Shown here in pieces: positions 1 to 9,523 of a DNA stretch of 60,908 nt; position 1 is the first letter of the stretch, and each line of letters starts with the position of its first letter. The stretch is taken from NCBI GenBank assembly GCA_034660695.1, contig JAYEJS010000114.1, positions 8,144 through 69,051 of the forward strand. The letters are read 5' to 3'. A model generated the notes under the pieces. It was not told where the DNA came from. It searched no databases and worked only from the letters and a program-made list of their open reading frames with translations. Source of the DNA: Thermoplasmatota archaeon. GTDB lineage: Archaea > Thermoplasmatota > E2 > UBA202 > DSCA01. Made by a program: the position numbers and the translations under genes.

Positions 1-1
1 C

Positions 2-3000
2 CTGGTGAACAATTGCACCTCCTATAACAATAGTGATGCAGGCATTCGTCTTGATGAATATGCCACTGGTGTGCACATCTCTTATTGTAACCTGTATGAC
101 AACTATGAAGGCATAGAGTTGGATTGGTGTAGTAACAACAATTCCATTTTTAATAACACTATATGGAGCAATGAATATGGAATTAATGTTGATGCTTTAT
201 GCAACGGTAACCTCATCTATAACAACTACTTCAACAACACCAATAATGCCCATAATTCTGGGCAAAATATCTGGAACATCTCCAAGCAAGCGGGCATCAA
301 CATTGTTGGTGGGCCCTACCTCGGCGGCAATTACTGGCATGACTACACTGGTATTGACACCGACGGTGACAAGCTCGGTGACACGCTCCTTCCCTACAAC
401 TCATCGAGTGAAATAGCGGAAGGTGGCGACTGGCTGCCGCTTATCATGGTAACCATGAACGATACCTACCCTCCGGAGATATATGGCGTGGGCAACACTC
501 CTGATTCTACCTACAGCGGCGGGTGGATCAACATATCCTGTAAGGCAGAAGACAACGTCGCCATGGATGACATCCGCGTGGTTATCAACGGTCCTGTCGG
601 TATCAACCAGTCCATGAAGCATGTTACCGGTACCAACCGCTACTACTACAACGCAACATACACTGCTGAAGGAAATTACACATACCACATATGGGCGGAG
701 GATGTCAACGGCAATACCGCTACGTCGTCCGCACAGGACTTCACCATAGGTCTCTTCGTCTCCAATCTTTTGCCGGCTGATGGCAGCATGCTGAGCTCCG
801 GCACCGTGATTATCACCTGGGACACCAACGATAACAGCACCAGCGAGGTTTACCTGCGGAACGCTACGGCTCCATATACTTCATATTATGGCGCAAACGG
901 GACCCACCATGTGATCACCATCTCCAATCTGTCGGCAGGCACCTATTATTACTACGTGCGGAGCACTGGCATATCCGGTACCGCTCAATCGGAAGAACGT
1001 TGTTTCACCGTCAAATCGGGCATCAGCTTTTCACAGAAAATCTACAATTTTACCATTCAAAGGAATTACAATCAGACACGGTACATCGAGATGATAAACC
1101 ATGATTCCATTCCCCACCGGTTGCTTGTTACTTTGAAAAATCCCTATGATGACCTGATGACTAGCTTCGTTGGCAATGGTTCACAGGACAAAATCATCGC
1201 GTTGGCCGCAGGAGAACATCGGCTTGTTGCCCTGGCGATGCATGCCCAGGATGTCCTTCAACCAGATTACCGGCTGCACCTCAACGTGAGCAGTATGGCT
1301 ACCAACCAGTCGAACGAGACCAGCCATGACTACGCTATCGCCAATATCCATATTTACGACGTTGATGTCAATTTCACCATAACGGAGACAGGTACTAACC
1401 CGTATACGCTGGCCAAGACGTTCACCGTCCACAATTATGGTGACTCTCTCACGGACTTCACGGTATGGCCCGGCACAAACCTGGAAGGAAAAGTGACTTT
1501 CAACCCGCTGGTTCATCATACCATGCTGGGCAATGGCAGCACTTTGGAATTTGAGGTAATACCAGTTCTCTCTCTTGGCTTCACCGAGCTGAATGGCACA
1601 CTCCATGCTGGGGCGTATACTACCACAGTCAATGTATCCGTCAATTTTACGGTGCCGGAGGGATATACAGTGTTCCTCGGCGATGCCGACTACTCTACGT
1701 CAGGCTCATCAACCGGTTCTTACTGCACCAACAAGGTATCCTGGGGCGAACCTCTGCCGCTGCCGCCTGGCCCCGATGACCCGAGTCCGCCCCCGGACCC
1801 ACCTGAACCTCTCGACGGGGACTCACATCTGCAGCAATTTCAAAATGAACTGTTTAGCAGAGTCCGAAACCTAGGCCCCGAAGATCTCAAAATACAGCCA
1901 CCCCAAGCGATTTGTGGTGTAAGGGGTTCTACCATTCGACCCAGCGTGGCTCAGTATCTACCCAATCTTGCCACCGACAATCTGCTCCATGCGCCATTCT
2001 TCTATGTCAATAATACATTCCACGTAGTGTGGCAGACCACACCAGGCGAGCATACCGACATGTACTACCTGCAGTTGCATCCCGGGGAGGACATCGAAAT
2101 CGTGCATAATCTCTCCCACTCTCCTGTAGACTCAAGGTGGCCTATGATAGCAGGCTATGCGGACCAGTTATATGTTGCGTGGGTGGAAAACGAAACCGGC
2201 CACTCCCAAGTCTATTTCTCGCGCAGCACGAATAACGGTGTCAACTGGAGTCAGCCCATGTGTATCACCCCTGCCTCCTCGGGAGTGGACGACCCCTTCC
2301 TCGCCGTGGATTCCACCGGCGTCATCCATCTCGTCTGGGAGGACTTCAGGTACGGGGACAGCGAGATATATTACGCCAACAGCACCGACAGCGGCCAGTC
2401 ATGGAACGCTGAGCACCGATTGACCACTGCTACTGAAAACTCGGAATATCCGTCGCTCGCCATCGACTCCAATGATAACCTTCACCTGGTCTGGGAGGAC
2501 TATCGGAATGGCTATGGCCAGATATTCTACGCTCAAAGTACCGACAGCGGCGATTCCTGGAGCTCCGGGCAAGCCGTATCTCCATCTGGCAGCAATGCTG
2601 GAGAACCCTCCATCACCGTGACTCAAGACGATAGAGTCCACGTGGTATGGCGGGACAACAGACACGGCGAAAGCGAAATATATTACCGCTACAGCATTGA
2701 CGGGGGAAGCACCTGGGAAACGGAATTCAGGCTGTCCCAGGATATCTATTATTCCGAATATCCGGTCATCATGTCGGGAAGGAACAACACACTTCGGGTT
2801 CTCTGGCACGACAACAGAACCGGCGATGACCTGCTCTACTACCGGGACGGTAACGACTGGCTGGAAATGCGCCGGCTCCCCCGGGGCTATTTCAACGTCA
2901 TGGACGTATACTTAGAGATGGATTTTGCCTTACAACAACCAGCCGAAATCTATCCTCCCCATAGCGTCCAAATTTCGGTGGAGGGGCACCCTGTGGCTTT

Positions 3001-6000
3001 TCTAAATGACACCGTCCCACAGGGCACGTACCTCTTCGAGGTGGACCCCACCTATACTAACTACAGCCATACAACCGTCGATATAGGGATGCAGGTAATG
3101 GGTTTACCCCAGGGAAACTACATTGTCTCTGCCAACAAAACGCTCATATTCCATCTCAGCTATGTGGATATGCCTGTGGTGGCTCTCAACCAGAGCCGTG
3201 CAGACAGCATCGTTAAATCACTGTCCACCGGCGTGTGGCAAGGAGTGGACCCGGCAGTATATGTCAATGATATCGCAATCTCTAATACCACGCCCAATGA
3301 GGGTGAGGAGGTTGCCATCAATGCCACTGTCAGAAACCTGGGCAAAGATAATGTAGACAATGTCACCGTACAGTTTTTTGATAACGATCCAGAGAAAGGC
3401 GGTATACCTATTGGCTCCCAAACGGTAATTTCATCCATAGCGTCCTATGGCAATAAAACTATCAATGCAACTTGGACATCCCAGCAGGGGTATCACAAGA
3501 TATATGTGCTCGTGGACAGAAACGACAGTATTGACGAAGTTAATGAACATAACAACCAAGCGTTCCGGTCTGTTGCTGTCTATTCCACCCGTCCTCCCTC
3601 TGGAAATCTCACCATAAATGAAGGAGACACCAACACCTCCGCCCGCACCTGCAACATCTCATTCCAAATAGACGCAGATAATCTCCTCTCATTCTACCGT
3701 CTCTCCAACGACAACAGCAGTTGGACTGACTGGATGCCTTACTCCCAGTATGCGGTGTGGACGTTAGCCACCGGTTATGGTATGAAAACCGTCTACGGAC
3801 AGGTGAAGGACGAAGCGGATCTCACCTCACCAATTATGTCCGACACCATCGAGCTCATCTTCATTGATGAAACACCACCTGCAACAACCATGCAGACGGG
3901 CAGCCCCAGCTACGGGAACATCGTTACCTCCACCACGCCGGTATATCTCAACGCCACCGATGACTTGGCAGGCGTCAATACTACCTACTACCGCATATGG
4001 AATGGAAGCTGGACTGGCTGGCTCAATTATACGGGCTCATTCACCATTAGCGGCGAAGGCGTTCATTATGTTGAATATTACAGCGTTGATAACTCCAGTA
4101 ACACCGAAGAGACACATAATCAAACGTTGCAAGTGGATGAGACGCCGCCCACGGTAACTATGGAACGTGTTGGCCCCACCTATGGAGACTTCATTTCCTC
4201 CACCACGACATTTTTCCTTAACGCTAGTGATGTAGGCACTGCCTCCTTCACTATCTACTGGCGGATATGGAACGACACTGGCGTGTACGACCACGGCCAG
4301 TCCGCTATTAACGTCACGCTCTCTATCAACCAATCCTGCAACCACACCCTGGGTTACTGGATAGAGGACCCGCTGGGCAACCGCCAGCCTTCAGTTGGCT
4401 ACCACAACACCACCTATGCCGTGGACCACACTCCACCGATATCGACGATAGAAAATGGCCAGCCCAGCCACCAGAACAACAGCACGCTCTATGTTACCAC
4501 TGCCACCCCTATCTACATAAATGCCACCGACTCAGGATGCCGGGGGGGAACTGGAATAGAAGCAGTATATTATCAGCTCCATAATGGAAGTATCCAGGAA
4601 GTGACCGGTAGCGCTACTACTTTCACTCTTCTCAACGCCACAGACGGGTGCCATACGATCACCTACTGGGCTGTAGACAAGGTGGGAAACGAGGAAGGAC
4701 ATGAGACATGGACAGTGTATGTGGACAATACTCCTCCGGACACTGCTAGAGAAATGACTGGTCTAGAAGGTTCACACGGATGGTATCGTAGCACGGTCAC
4801 CGTATGGCTGAACGCCAGCGATGGTGGCTGCGGCACTGAAACCATATACTACCAGAGAGGCGGCATGCAGGAACACAATAACAGTACCCTAGAGCTTGAG
4901 TTTACTGAGGATGGTGTATACAACCTGAGCTATCATGCCGTGGACCGTCTGGGGAACACCGAGGACGAACAGACCATCCAGATATCTATTGATACAACGC
5001 CCCCAGAACTCACAGACTATACTCCAGAGACAGCGACCACCGGCGATTCACTCGTTTTCAATGCCAGCATAACTGATAGCAATGATATCAACTCTTCATA
5101 TGTCGAATACTGGTACGGCACTGGTAGCCACATCAATGTCAGCATGGAACACATAGGGAATGTGGGGCAAGAAGAGATAAGCATTGCACATACACTGCAG
5201 CCCCTGCACTATATCATTTCCGCTGTTGATGATGCTGGCAACTGGAATAACACTGGTGAGAAGACGGTGGCGATTACGGACGATGACAGACCGGAGATAA
5301 CAGATGTTATCGCTTCTCCACAGAGTCAGATAGAAGGAGGTAATACCAATGTCTCGTGCGTTGTTACAGACAATATAGAAATTAAGCATGTTTACGTCAA
5401 TCTCACCTATCCTGATGCATCAAATCACTCATTTGAGATGAGCAAGGAAGGAAACTCGTACTATTACAATGCCACATTTACCATGACAGGAGAATATTCC
5501 TACCATATATATGCTGCTGATTTAAGCGGCAATGTTAACACTTCTCCCGTTGCAACGTTTACCATTCTACCAAACAATCCTCCCACCCTACCAGACAACC
5601 CATCTCCAGCTGATGGTACAACAGATGCGGCTGTAACTGCTGATTTATCATGGCAATGTTCAGACTCAGATGGAGATTCACTGACCTATGACGTCTACTT
5701 TGGTACAACCGAAACACCACCAAAAGTTTCATCCAATCAAACAGCGACGACATATGATCCAACGCTGCAGTATTCAACCGCCTATTACTGGCGCATTGCG
5801 GCATGGGATGAGCATGGAGCGAAAAACATCAGCGGACTATGGCATTTTACCACCCGGACTCCTCCACAGTACACACTCTCCACATCGGTTTCTCCATCTG
5901 GAGGCGGCTCAATATCTCTCAATCCATCTGGCGGTACATACGATGCAGGGACGGTTGTTACTGCAATAGCCAATGCCAATTCTGGCTATACATTCGACAA

Positions 6001-6745
6001 CTGGAACGGAGATGCAAGCGGAACGGGCACATCTGTCCAAATCACGATGGACAGCGATAAAAGCATAACTGCTAATTTTGTGGAAATAAATGAACCTCCG
6101 ACGGTAAATATCACTTCTCCATCTGAAGGCACTACCATTTCAGGAACCGTAAACGTTCAGGGGACAGCGGATGACAGCGATGGAACAGTTCAGAAAGTTG
6201 AGGTAAAGATAAATGATGATTCATGGGAGGAAGCTACAGGGACAACTTCATGGACTTACGCTTGGAATACTATAGGTGCTGAGAATGGAAATCATACAAT
6301 AAAAGCGAGAAGCTATGACGGCGAGGATTACTCCAATGTTGCATCTGTAACAGTAAACGTGTTCAACAACCACAAGCCGATGGTGGACATAGTCTTCCCG
6401 CTGGATGGTACTGAAGTAAAGAAAACGATAACCATACACGGGACAACCAGTGATGCAGATGGTGATGAAACCATACAAAAAGTTGAGATAAAGATCGGAG
6501 ATGGAAACTGGACTGTTACAAATGGAATAACATCATGGAACCACAGCTGGGACACGACCACTGTCGATAACGGTGACTATATCCTACAAACGCGTAGCTA
6601 TGATGGAGAAGATTATTCATCTATTGATTCAGTGATGGTGAAAGTAAATAATGAAGAAGGAGAAGGAGGTATCCCGGGATTTGAGCTCATTGTTTTCCTT
6701 GCTGCTCTTGCTGCTGTGCTGTGGTTAAGAAAAAAAGAATTATAA
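2..6745 (+). CDS. Giant secreted cell-surface protein (5'-partial, >2246 aa): parallel beta-helix repeats, BNR/Asp-box propeller, CARDB/Ig-like repeats, FN3-like domain, two tandem Ig-like domains, PGF-CTERM anchor
   Basis: The ORF is uninterrupted and runs off the 5' edge of the window. NosD-like repeats occur at the N-terminus (AGIRLDEYATGVHISYCNLYDN). Asp-boxes are STNNGVNW, STDSGQSW, STDSGDSW and SIDGGSTW. A CARDB-like stretch reads NEGEEVAINATVRNLG. Ig-like units with GWY..V.V.L.A.D..G...YY recur. The C-terminus GIPGFELIVFLAALAAVLWLRKKEL gives a PGF motif, a TM helix and a basic tail. Confidence 0.85.
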   Translation: MVNNCTSYNNSDAGIRLDEYATGVHISYCNLYDNYEGIELDWCSNNNSIFNNTIWSNEYGINVDALCNGNLIYNNYFNNTNNAHNSGQNIWNISKQAGINIVGGPYLGGNYWHDYTGIDTDGDKLGDTLLPYNSSSEIAEGGDWLPLIMVTMNDTYPPEIYGVGNTPDSTYSGGWINISCKAEDNVAMDDIRVVINGPVGINQSMKHVTGTNRYYYNATYTAEGNYTYHIWAEDVNGNTATSSAQDFTIGLFVSNLLPADGSMLSSGTVIITWDTNDNSTSEVYLRNATAPYTSYYGANGTHHVITISNLSAGTYYYYVRSTGISGTAQSEERCFTVKSGISFSQKIYNFTIQRNYNQTRYIEMINHDSIPHRLLVTLKNPYDDLMTSFVGNGSQDKIIALAAGEHRLVALAMHAQDVLQPDYRLHLNVSSMATNQSNETSHDYAIANIHIYDVDVNFTITETGTNPYTLAKTFTVHNYGDSLTDFTVWPGTNLEGKVTFNPLVHHTMLGNGSTLEFEVIPVLSLGFTELNGTLHAGAYTTTVNVSVNFTVPEGYTVFLGDADYSTSGSSTGSYCTNKVSWGEPLPLPPGPDDPSPPPDPPEPLDGDSHLQQFQNELFSRVRNLGPEDLKIQPPQAICGVRGSTIRPSVAQYLPNLATDNLLHAPFFYVNNTFHVVWQTTPGEHTDMYYLQLHPGEDIEIVHNLSHSPVDSRWPMIAGYADQLYVAWVENETGHSQVYFSRSTNNGVNWSQPMCITPASSGVDDPFLAVDSTGVIHLVWEDFRYGDSEIYYANSTDSGQSWNAEHRLTTATENSEYPSLAIDSNDNLHLVWEDYRNGYGQIFYAQSTDSGDSWSSGQAVSPSGSNAGEPSITVTQDDRVHVVWRDNRHGESEIYYRYSIDGGSTWETEFRLSQDIYYSEYPVIMSGRNNTLRVLWHDNRTGDDLLYYRDGNDWLEMRRLPRGYFNVMDVYLEMDFALQQPAEIYPPHSVQISVEGHPVAFLNDTVPQGTYLFEVDPTYTNYSHTTVDIGMQVMGLPQGNYIVSANKTLIFHLSYVDMPVVALNQSRADSIVKSLSTGVWQGVDPAVYVNDIAISNTTPNEGEEVAINATVRNLGKDNVDNVTVQFFDNDPEKGGIPIGSQTVISSIASYGNKTINATWTSQQGYHKIYVLVDRNDSIDEVNEHNNQAFRSVAVYSTRPPSGNLTINEGDTNTSARTCNISFQIDADNLLSFYRLSNDNSSWTDWMPYSQYAVWTLATGYGMKTVYGQVKDEADLTSPIMSDTIELIFIDETPPATTMQTGSPSYGNIVTSTTPVYLNATDDLAGVNTTYYRIWNGSWTGWLNYTGSFTISGEGVHYVEYYSVDNSSNTEETHNQTLQVDETPPTVTMERVGPTYGDFISSTTTFFLNASDVGTASFTIYWRIWNDTGVYDHGQSAINVTLSINQSCNHTLGYWIEDPLGNRQPSVGYHNTTYAVDHTPPISTIENGQPSHQNNSTLYVTTATPIYINATDSGCRGGTGIEAVYYQLHNGSIQEVTGSATTFTLLNATDGCHTITYWAVDKVGNEEGHETWTVYVDNTPPDTAREMTGLEGSHGWYRSTVTVWLNASDGGCGTETIYYQRGGMQEHNNSTLELEFTEDGVYNLSYHAVDRLGNTEDEQTIQISIDTTPPELTDYTPETATTGDSLVFNASITDSNDINSSYVEYWYGTGSHINVSMEHIGNVGQEEISIAHTLQPLHYIISAVDDAGNWNNTGEKTVAITDDDRPEITDVIASPQSQIEGGNTNVSCVVTDNIEIKHVYVNLTYPDASNHSFEMSKEGNSYYYNATFTMTGEYSYHIYAADLSGNVNTSPVATFTILPNNPPTLPDNPSPADGTTDAAVTADLSWQCSDSDGDSLTYDVYFGTTETPPKVSSNQTATTYDPTLQYSTAYYWRIAAWDEHGAKNISGLWHFTTRTPPQYTLSTSVSPSGGGSISLNPSGGTYDAGTVVTAIANANSGYTFDNWNGDASGTGTSVQITMDSDKSITANFVEINEPPTVNITSPSEGTTISGTVNVQGTADDSDGTVQKVEVKINDDSWEEATGTTSWTYAWNTIGAENGNHTIKARSYDGEDYSNVASVTVNVFNNHKPMVDIVFPLDGTEVKKTITIHGTTSDADGDETIQKVEIKIGDGNWTVTNGITSWNHSWDTTTVDNGDYILQTRSYDGEDYSSIDSVMVKVNNEEGEGGIPGFELIVFLAALAAVLWLRKKEL

Positions 6746-6873
6746 GGAATAAGTGCTCTCGAAAAGTCTTTAACGGGCGAGACATTTAACCAGTATGCGC
6801 GTGGTACTCTCGCTGGGCGGGTCGCTTCTTTCAACAGAAGAGCCCAAGTTCATAGAAAAAATTGGGAGTGTGT

Positions 6874-6927
6874 GGGGAGACCACAGGGATAGTTTAGACT
6901 ATCCCGACCCTTCGGGTCATCTCCCCT
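6874..6927 (+). other. Compact GC-rich RNA/DNA structure: a 7-bp closing stem enclosing two hairpins, one with a UUCG tetraloop on the + strand
   Basis: GGGGAGA-ccaca-GGGATAG-tttaga-CTATCCC-GACCC-ttcg-GGGTC-a-TCTCCCC. All three helices are perfectly complementary. The element lies between the giant-gene stop (6745) and the Rep stop (6956). Confidence 0.4.
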
Positions 6928-6955
6928 GGAAAGCCCATGAACCGATGAGTTGATG

Positions 6956-8089
6956 TCAAGTTGGTGGTTTGCTAAGCATAATATTATCAACGTAATCACG
7001 GATAGCATCGGCATAATCAGCATAGCGGGTGGGATTGCCATCTGGCTTACTGCTGGGAAACATGACAAAGGCAAGAGCGATCCATCCAGACGGCTCAGGC
7101 GAATTCAACGGAGGGACAAGCCCATGGCTACACGAATACGAGCGAACACCGAAAAACCATGATAACGCCTGCGTCAACGGGCTAAACGAAACATCAGGAT
7201 CAGTATACGTCTTCAACACATACTCCAAAACATAATTCACCGGATACCGCACATCATAACCATCCGGCGTCTTATTCAGATAAACGCCGCCCAACTTCCA
7301 ATAATGCCGGGCCTGCCGCCAATCCATCAGACGTGCCGCGTTAAAAAACAAGATATGAATATGCGGGTTACCACGCGAAGCCATGTTCACCCGCAACTCA
7401 AAATTTTTACTGCCACACTTCGGACAGCTCGACAGCTTCTTAGAAAACCGTTTGCTACAATCCAAGCAATGATTAGCCTCGCCGCTCTGAGCCTCGATCG
7501 TCGCCAAATACGGCGGCATATCCTGACCCTTACGCTTGAAATGATTACGAACATTCGTCAAAAACCGGTTCAACTCAGGCTTGATGTTCTCCCACATCGA
7601 GGTTTTATCATACTCAAACCTCGCAGGATCAATCGTCAACGTACACATCACCGTCATAGCATCCCTGAAATCATCCATCAAATGACGCATCCGCTTCTCA
7701 ACCTTCTCGCAATAATCATAACTAAACCGATTTGAAAGGCGAATAGCACCGTCGTTACCATCCCCATCACGACAATAAATATACCTATTCTTATCACGCG
7801 TCCAATCCATGTAAATATCAAACCGATATTCTACAAAATCCAATAGAGCCTCATTCCGCAGCTGCCGCTGATCCTTTTTGACCATGCCGAATACTTCGTT
7901 AGGGTATGCATCCGGTGGATCAGCCGGGGACACACCATATTGTTCTTTATGCCATCGCTGATACAAACTGAATAAATATTTGTCATCAACATTCGGCAAA
8001 ACCTTCTCCTCAAATGCCTTACGAGAAAATTCAGAAAACGGCGTTTTATTCGAATGATCCAATGTCTCAACCGGAAAAATGTTGAGCAA
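6956..8089 (-). CDS. Rolling-circle replication initiator-like protein (HUH endonuclease superfamily) with an inserted zinc ribbon
   Basis: TTG start lies 5 nt downstream of GGAGGTG. The three RCR motifs occur in canonical order: VMCTLTIDP (motif 1), NPHIHILFF (HUH, motif 2) and YVLEYVLKTY (Tyr motif 3). A CLDC-x10-CPKC zinc ribbon sits between motifs 1 and 2. Confidence 0.6.
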   Translation of the reverse strand: MLNIFPVETLDHSNKTPFSEFSRKAFEEKVLPNVDDKYLFSLYQRWHKEQYGVSPADPPDAYPNEVFGMVKKDQRQLRNEALLDFVEYRFDIYMDWTRDKNRYIYCRDGDGNDGAIRLSNRFSYDYCEKVEKRMRHLMDDFRDAMTVMCTLTIDPARFEYDKTSMWENIKPELNRFLTNVRNHFKRKGQDMPPYLATIEAQSGEANHCLDCSKRFSKKLSSCPKCGSKNFELRVNMASRGNPHIHILFFNAARLMDWRQARHYWKLGGVYLNKTPDGYDVRYPVNYVLEYVLKTYTDPDVSFSPLTQALSWFFGVRSYSCSHGLVPPLNSPEPSGWIALAFVMFPSSKPDGNPTRYADYADAIRDYVDNIMLSKPPT

Positions 8090-8096
8090 AAAACCA

Positions 8097-8143
8097 CCTC
8101 CTTGAAATCAAATGGCTTACACTGTTGCCATATCTCAAGGAGG
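8097..8143 (-). promoter_or_regulatory. 5'-UTR hairpin that sequesters the Shine-Dalgarno sequence of the Rep gene
   Basis: A perfect 9-bp inverted repeat, cctccttga (8097-8105) and tcaaggagg (8135-8143), has a 29-nt loop. The downstream arm on the mRNA overlaps the GGAGGTG SD (8095-8101). Confidence 0.4.
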
Positions 8144-8388
8144 TAACATTCAGACTCTCAAACTCACCTAGCGTATTAAAAAAAGAAAAAAAGAGGGAAA
8201 AAAAGTCCGTCGAAAATATTGTCGCTTTTATCCGGAGTTCTCGATTTTTAATAACCCCTAGACCACTAGCCCGTTTCGTAAGTCAAAGCAGGTAACTGTA
8301 AACGTGCTCGTACTCATATATTTTTTTCTTGCGATTTTATGAGGAAATTGAAATCTTTTGCGTTTTTTTCAACTGTGGAATATAAGAA

Positions 8389-8519
8389 CGCTGAGGGAGG
8401 GATTTTCAAGCAACTTATCGAGCAGGTGTTTGCTTCAGTAAGTTGCAGTTTGAACCCTCGAGGGGCAAAGCCCCACAGGCTTTCCAGGCCTGCGCCTTTC
8501 CGAGCTGGGCTACCTCAGC
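8389..8519 (-). tRNA. tRNA-Ser (anticodon GGA) with a 46-nt intron in the T-loop (59/60)
   Basis: Acceptor GCTGAGG/CCTCAGC plus discriminator G. Anticodon stem CAGGC/GCCTG with loop CTGGAAA. Long variable arm GGGGC-ttt-GCCCC. T stem GAGGG/CCCTC is separated by 53 nt instead of 7. The predicted intron is 8403-8448. Confidence 0.85.
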
Positions 8520-8524
8520 ATTTG

Positions 8525-9511
8525 TTATGTCTTTTTCCACATGGGCGGGTATGTTCCTTTCCTCATCAGTACGCGATTGACATCAACTACAATGCCTTTG
8601 TCTTTATCCATAATGTCCCTCGTCGACATGAGAGACGTTCCTATTGCTACCCCTTCGCCCTTTAAAGTTTTTAAGGCAACCACACTTTCCTTTTTTATTC
8701 CTGTATCAATCTGCAGCACCCCCGGCAGGGTCAGATATGCCCCATGACAGATAGCATCGACAGCGGAATCCCTTATCACAATGCAGGGAAGGTGGATAAG
8801 TAAATCCTCCATGTGCCTTATAATTTTTTTTATTTCCTCGTCTCCGTCTTCCTTCCAGAATATGTATGAATCAAGCACATCGTGAAGTGTATGGGCTTCG
8901 CTTTCCTCGAAAACACCGCTTCTCGTTCTCCTTAACTCGTGCATATGGGCATCGCACCCCAGTTTTTTCCCTATATCCCCACACAGAACCCGTATATATG
9001 TCCCGCCCTCGCATCCTACCCTGAACAAAACATCCCTTCCATTTATCTCCAGAATATCAAGATAGTAAATCTCCCTCTCCCTTTCCTCTCTTTTCACAGC
9101 GGCCTCTTTTGGCGGTGTTTGCCTTATCTTTCCGATAAACTGGCTGCACACCTGCATTATGCTCTCCTCGCTTTCATCACCGTGAAGACGCATAACGCAT
9201 ACATATTCCTTGCCTACTGAATGCATCAAGCCGATGGCTTTTGTAGCATTTGAGAGAGCGACTGGCAAAATGCCCGTGACATTGGGATCGAGCGTCCCTC
9301 CATGCCCCGTCTTATTTATGCCAAAAATGTCCCTGACCCACGCGCTCACCTGATGGGATGTTGGACCCGCCGGTTTATCAACAACGGTAACACCATTATC
9401 AATTAATTCTTCAACGCTTCTTTTGGAAGGTTCTTTTCCGTAATTCGGGTTTGTCTCGGCCTCCGCCTTTATCAATCTCCTTCGTTTTTCAATAAGCATC
9501 TCCCCAGACAA
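8525..9511 (-). CDS. cbf5: H/ACA RNP pseudouridine synthase Cbf5 (TruB family) with C-terminal PUA domain
   Basis: TruB catalytic block VVDKPAGPTSHQV...GHGGTLDPNVTGILPV, with Cbf5-like length and C-terminus. Confidence 0.9.
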   Translation of the reverse strand: MSGEMLIEKRRRLIKAEAETNPNYGKEPSKRSVEELIDNGVTVVDKPAGPTSHQVSAWVRDIFGINKTGHGGTLDPNVTGILPVALSNATKAIGLMHSVGKEYVCVMRLHGDESEESIMQVCSQFIGKIRQTPPKEAAVKREEREREIYYLDILEINGRDVLFRVGCEGGTYIRVLCGDIGKKLGCDAHMHELRRTRSGVFEESEAHTLHDVLDSYIFWKEDGDEEIKKIIRHMEDLLIHLPCIVIRDSAVDAICHGAYLTLPGVLQIDTGIKKESVVALKTLKGEGVAIGTSLMSTRDIMDKDKGIVVDVNRVLMRKGTYPPMWKKT

Positions 9512-9523
9512 ATGAGAACGGCA

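Noticed and set aside
6746-6955. Search for an att-type direct repeat of the tRNA-Ser 3' end that would delimit an integrated Rep element
   Set aside because: Scanning by eye found no copy of the tRNA 3' segment (gctgagggagggatt or its complement). Integration therefore remains only an inference, and a computational repeat search is needed.
8339-8665. 108-aa + strand ORF in the ORF track
   Set aside because: It lies directly over tRNA-Ser (8389-8519) and the 3' end of cbf5. The sequence is explained by those features.
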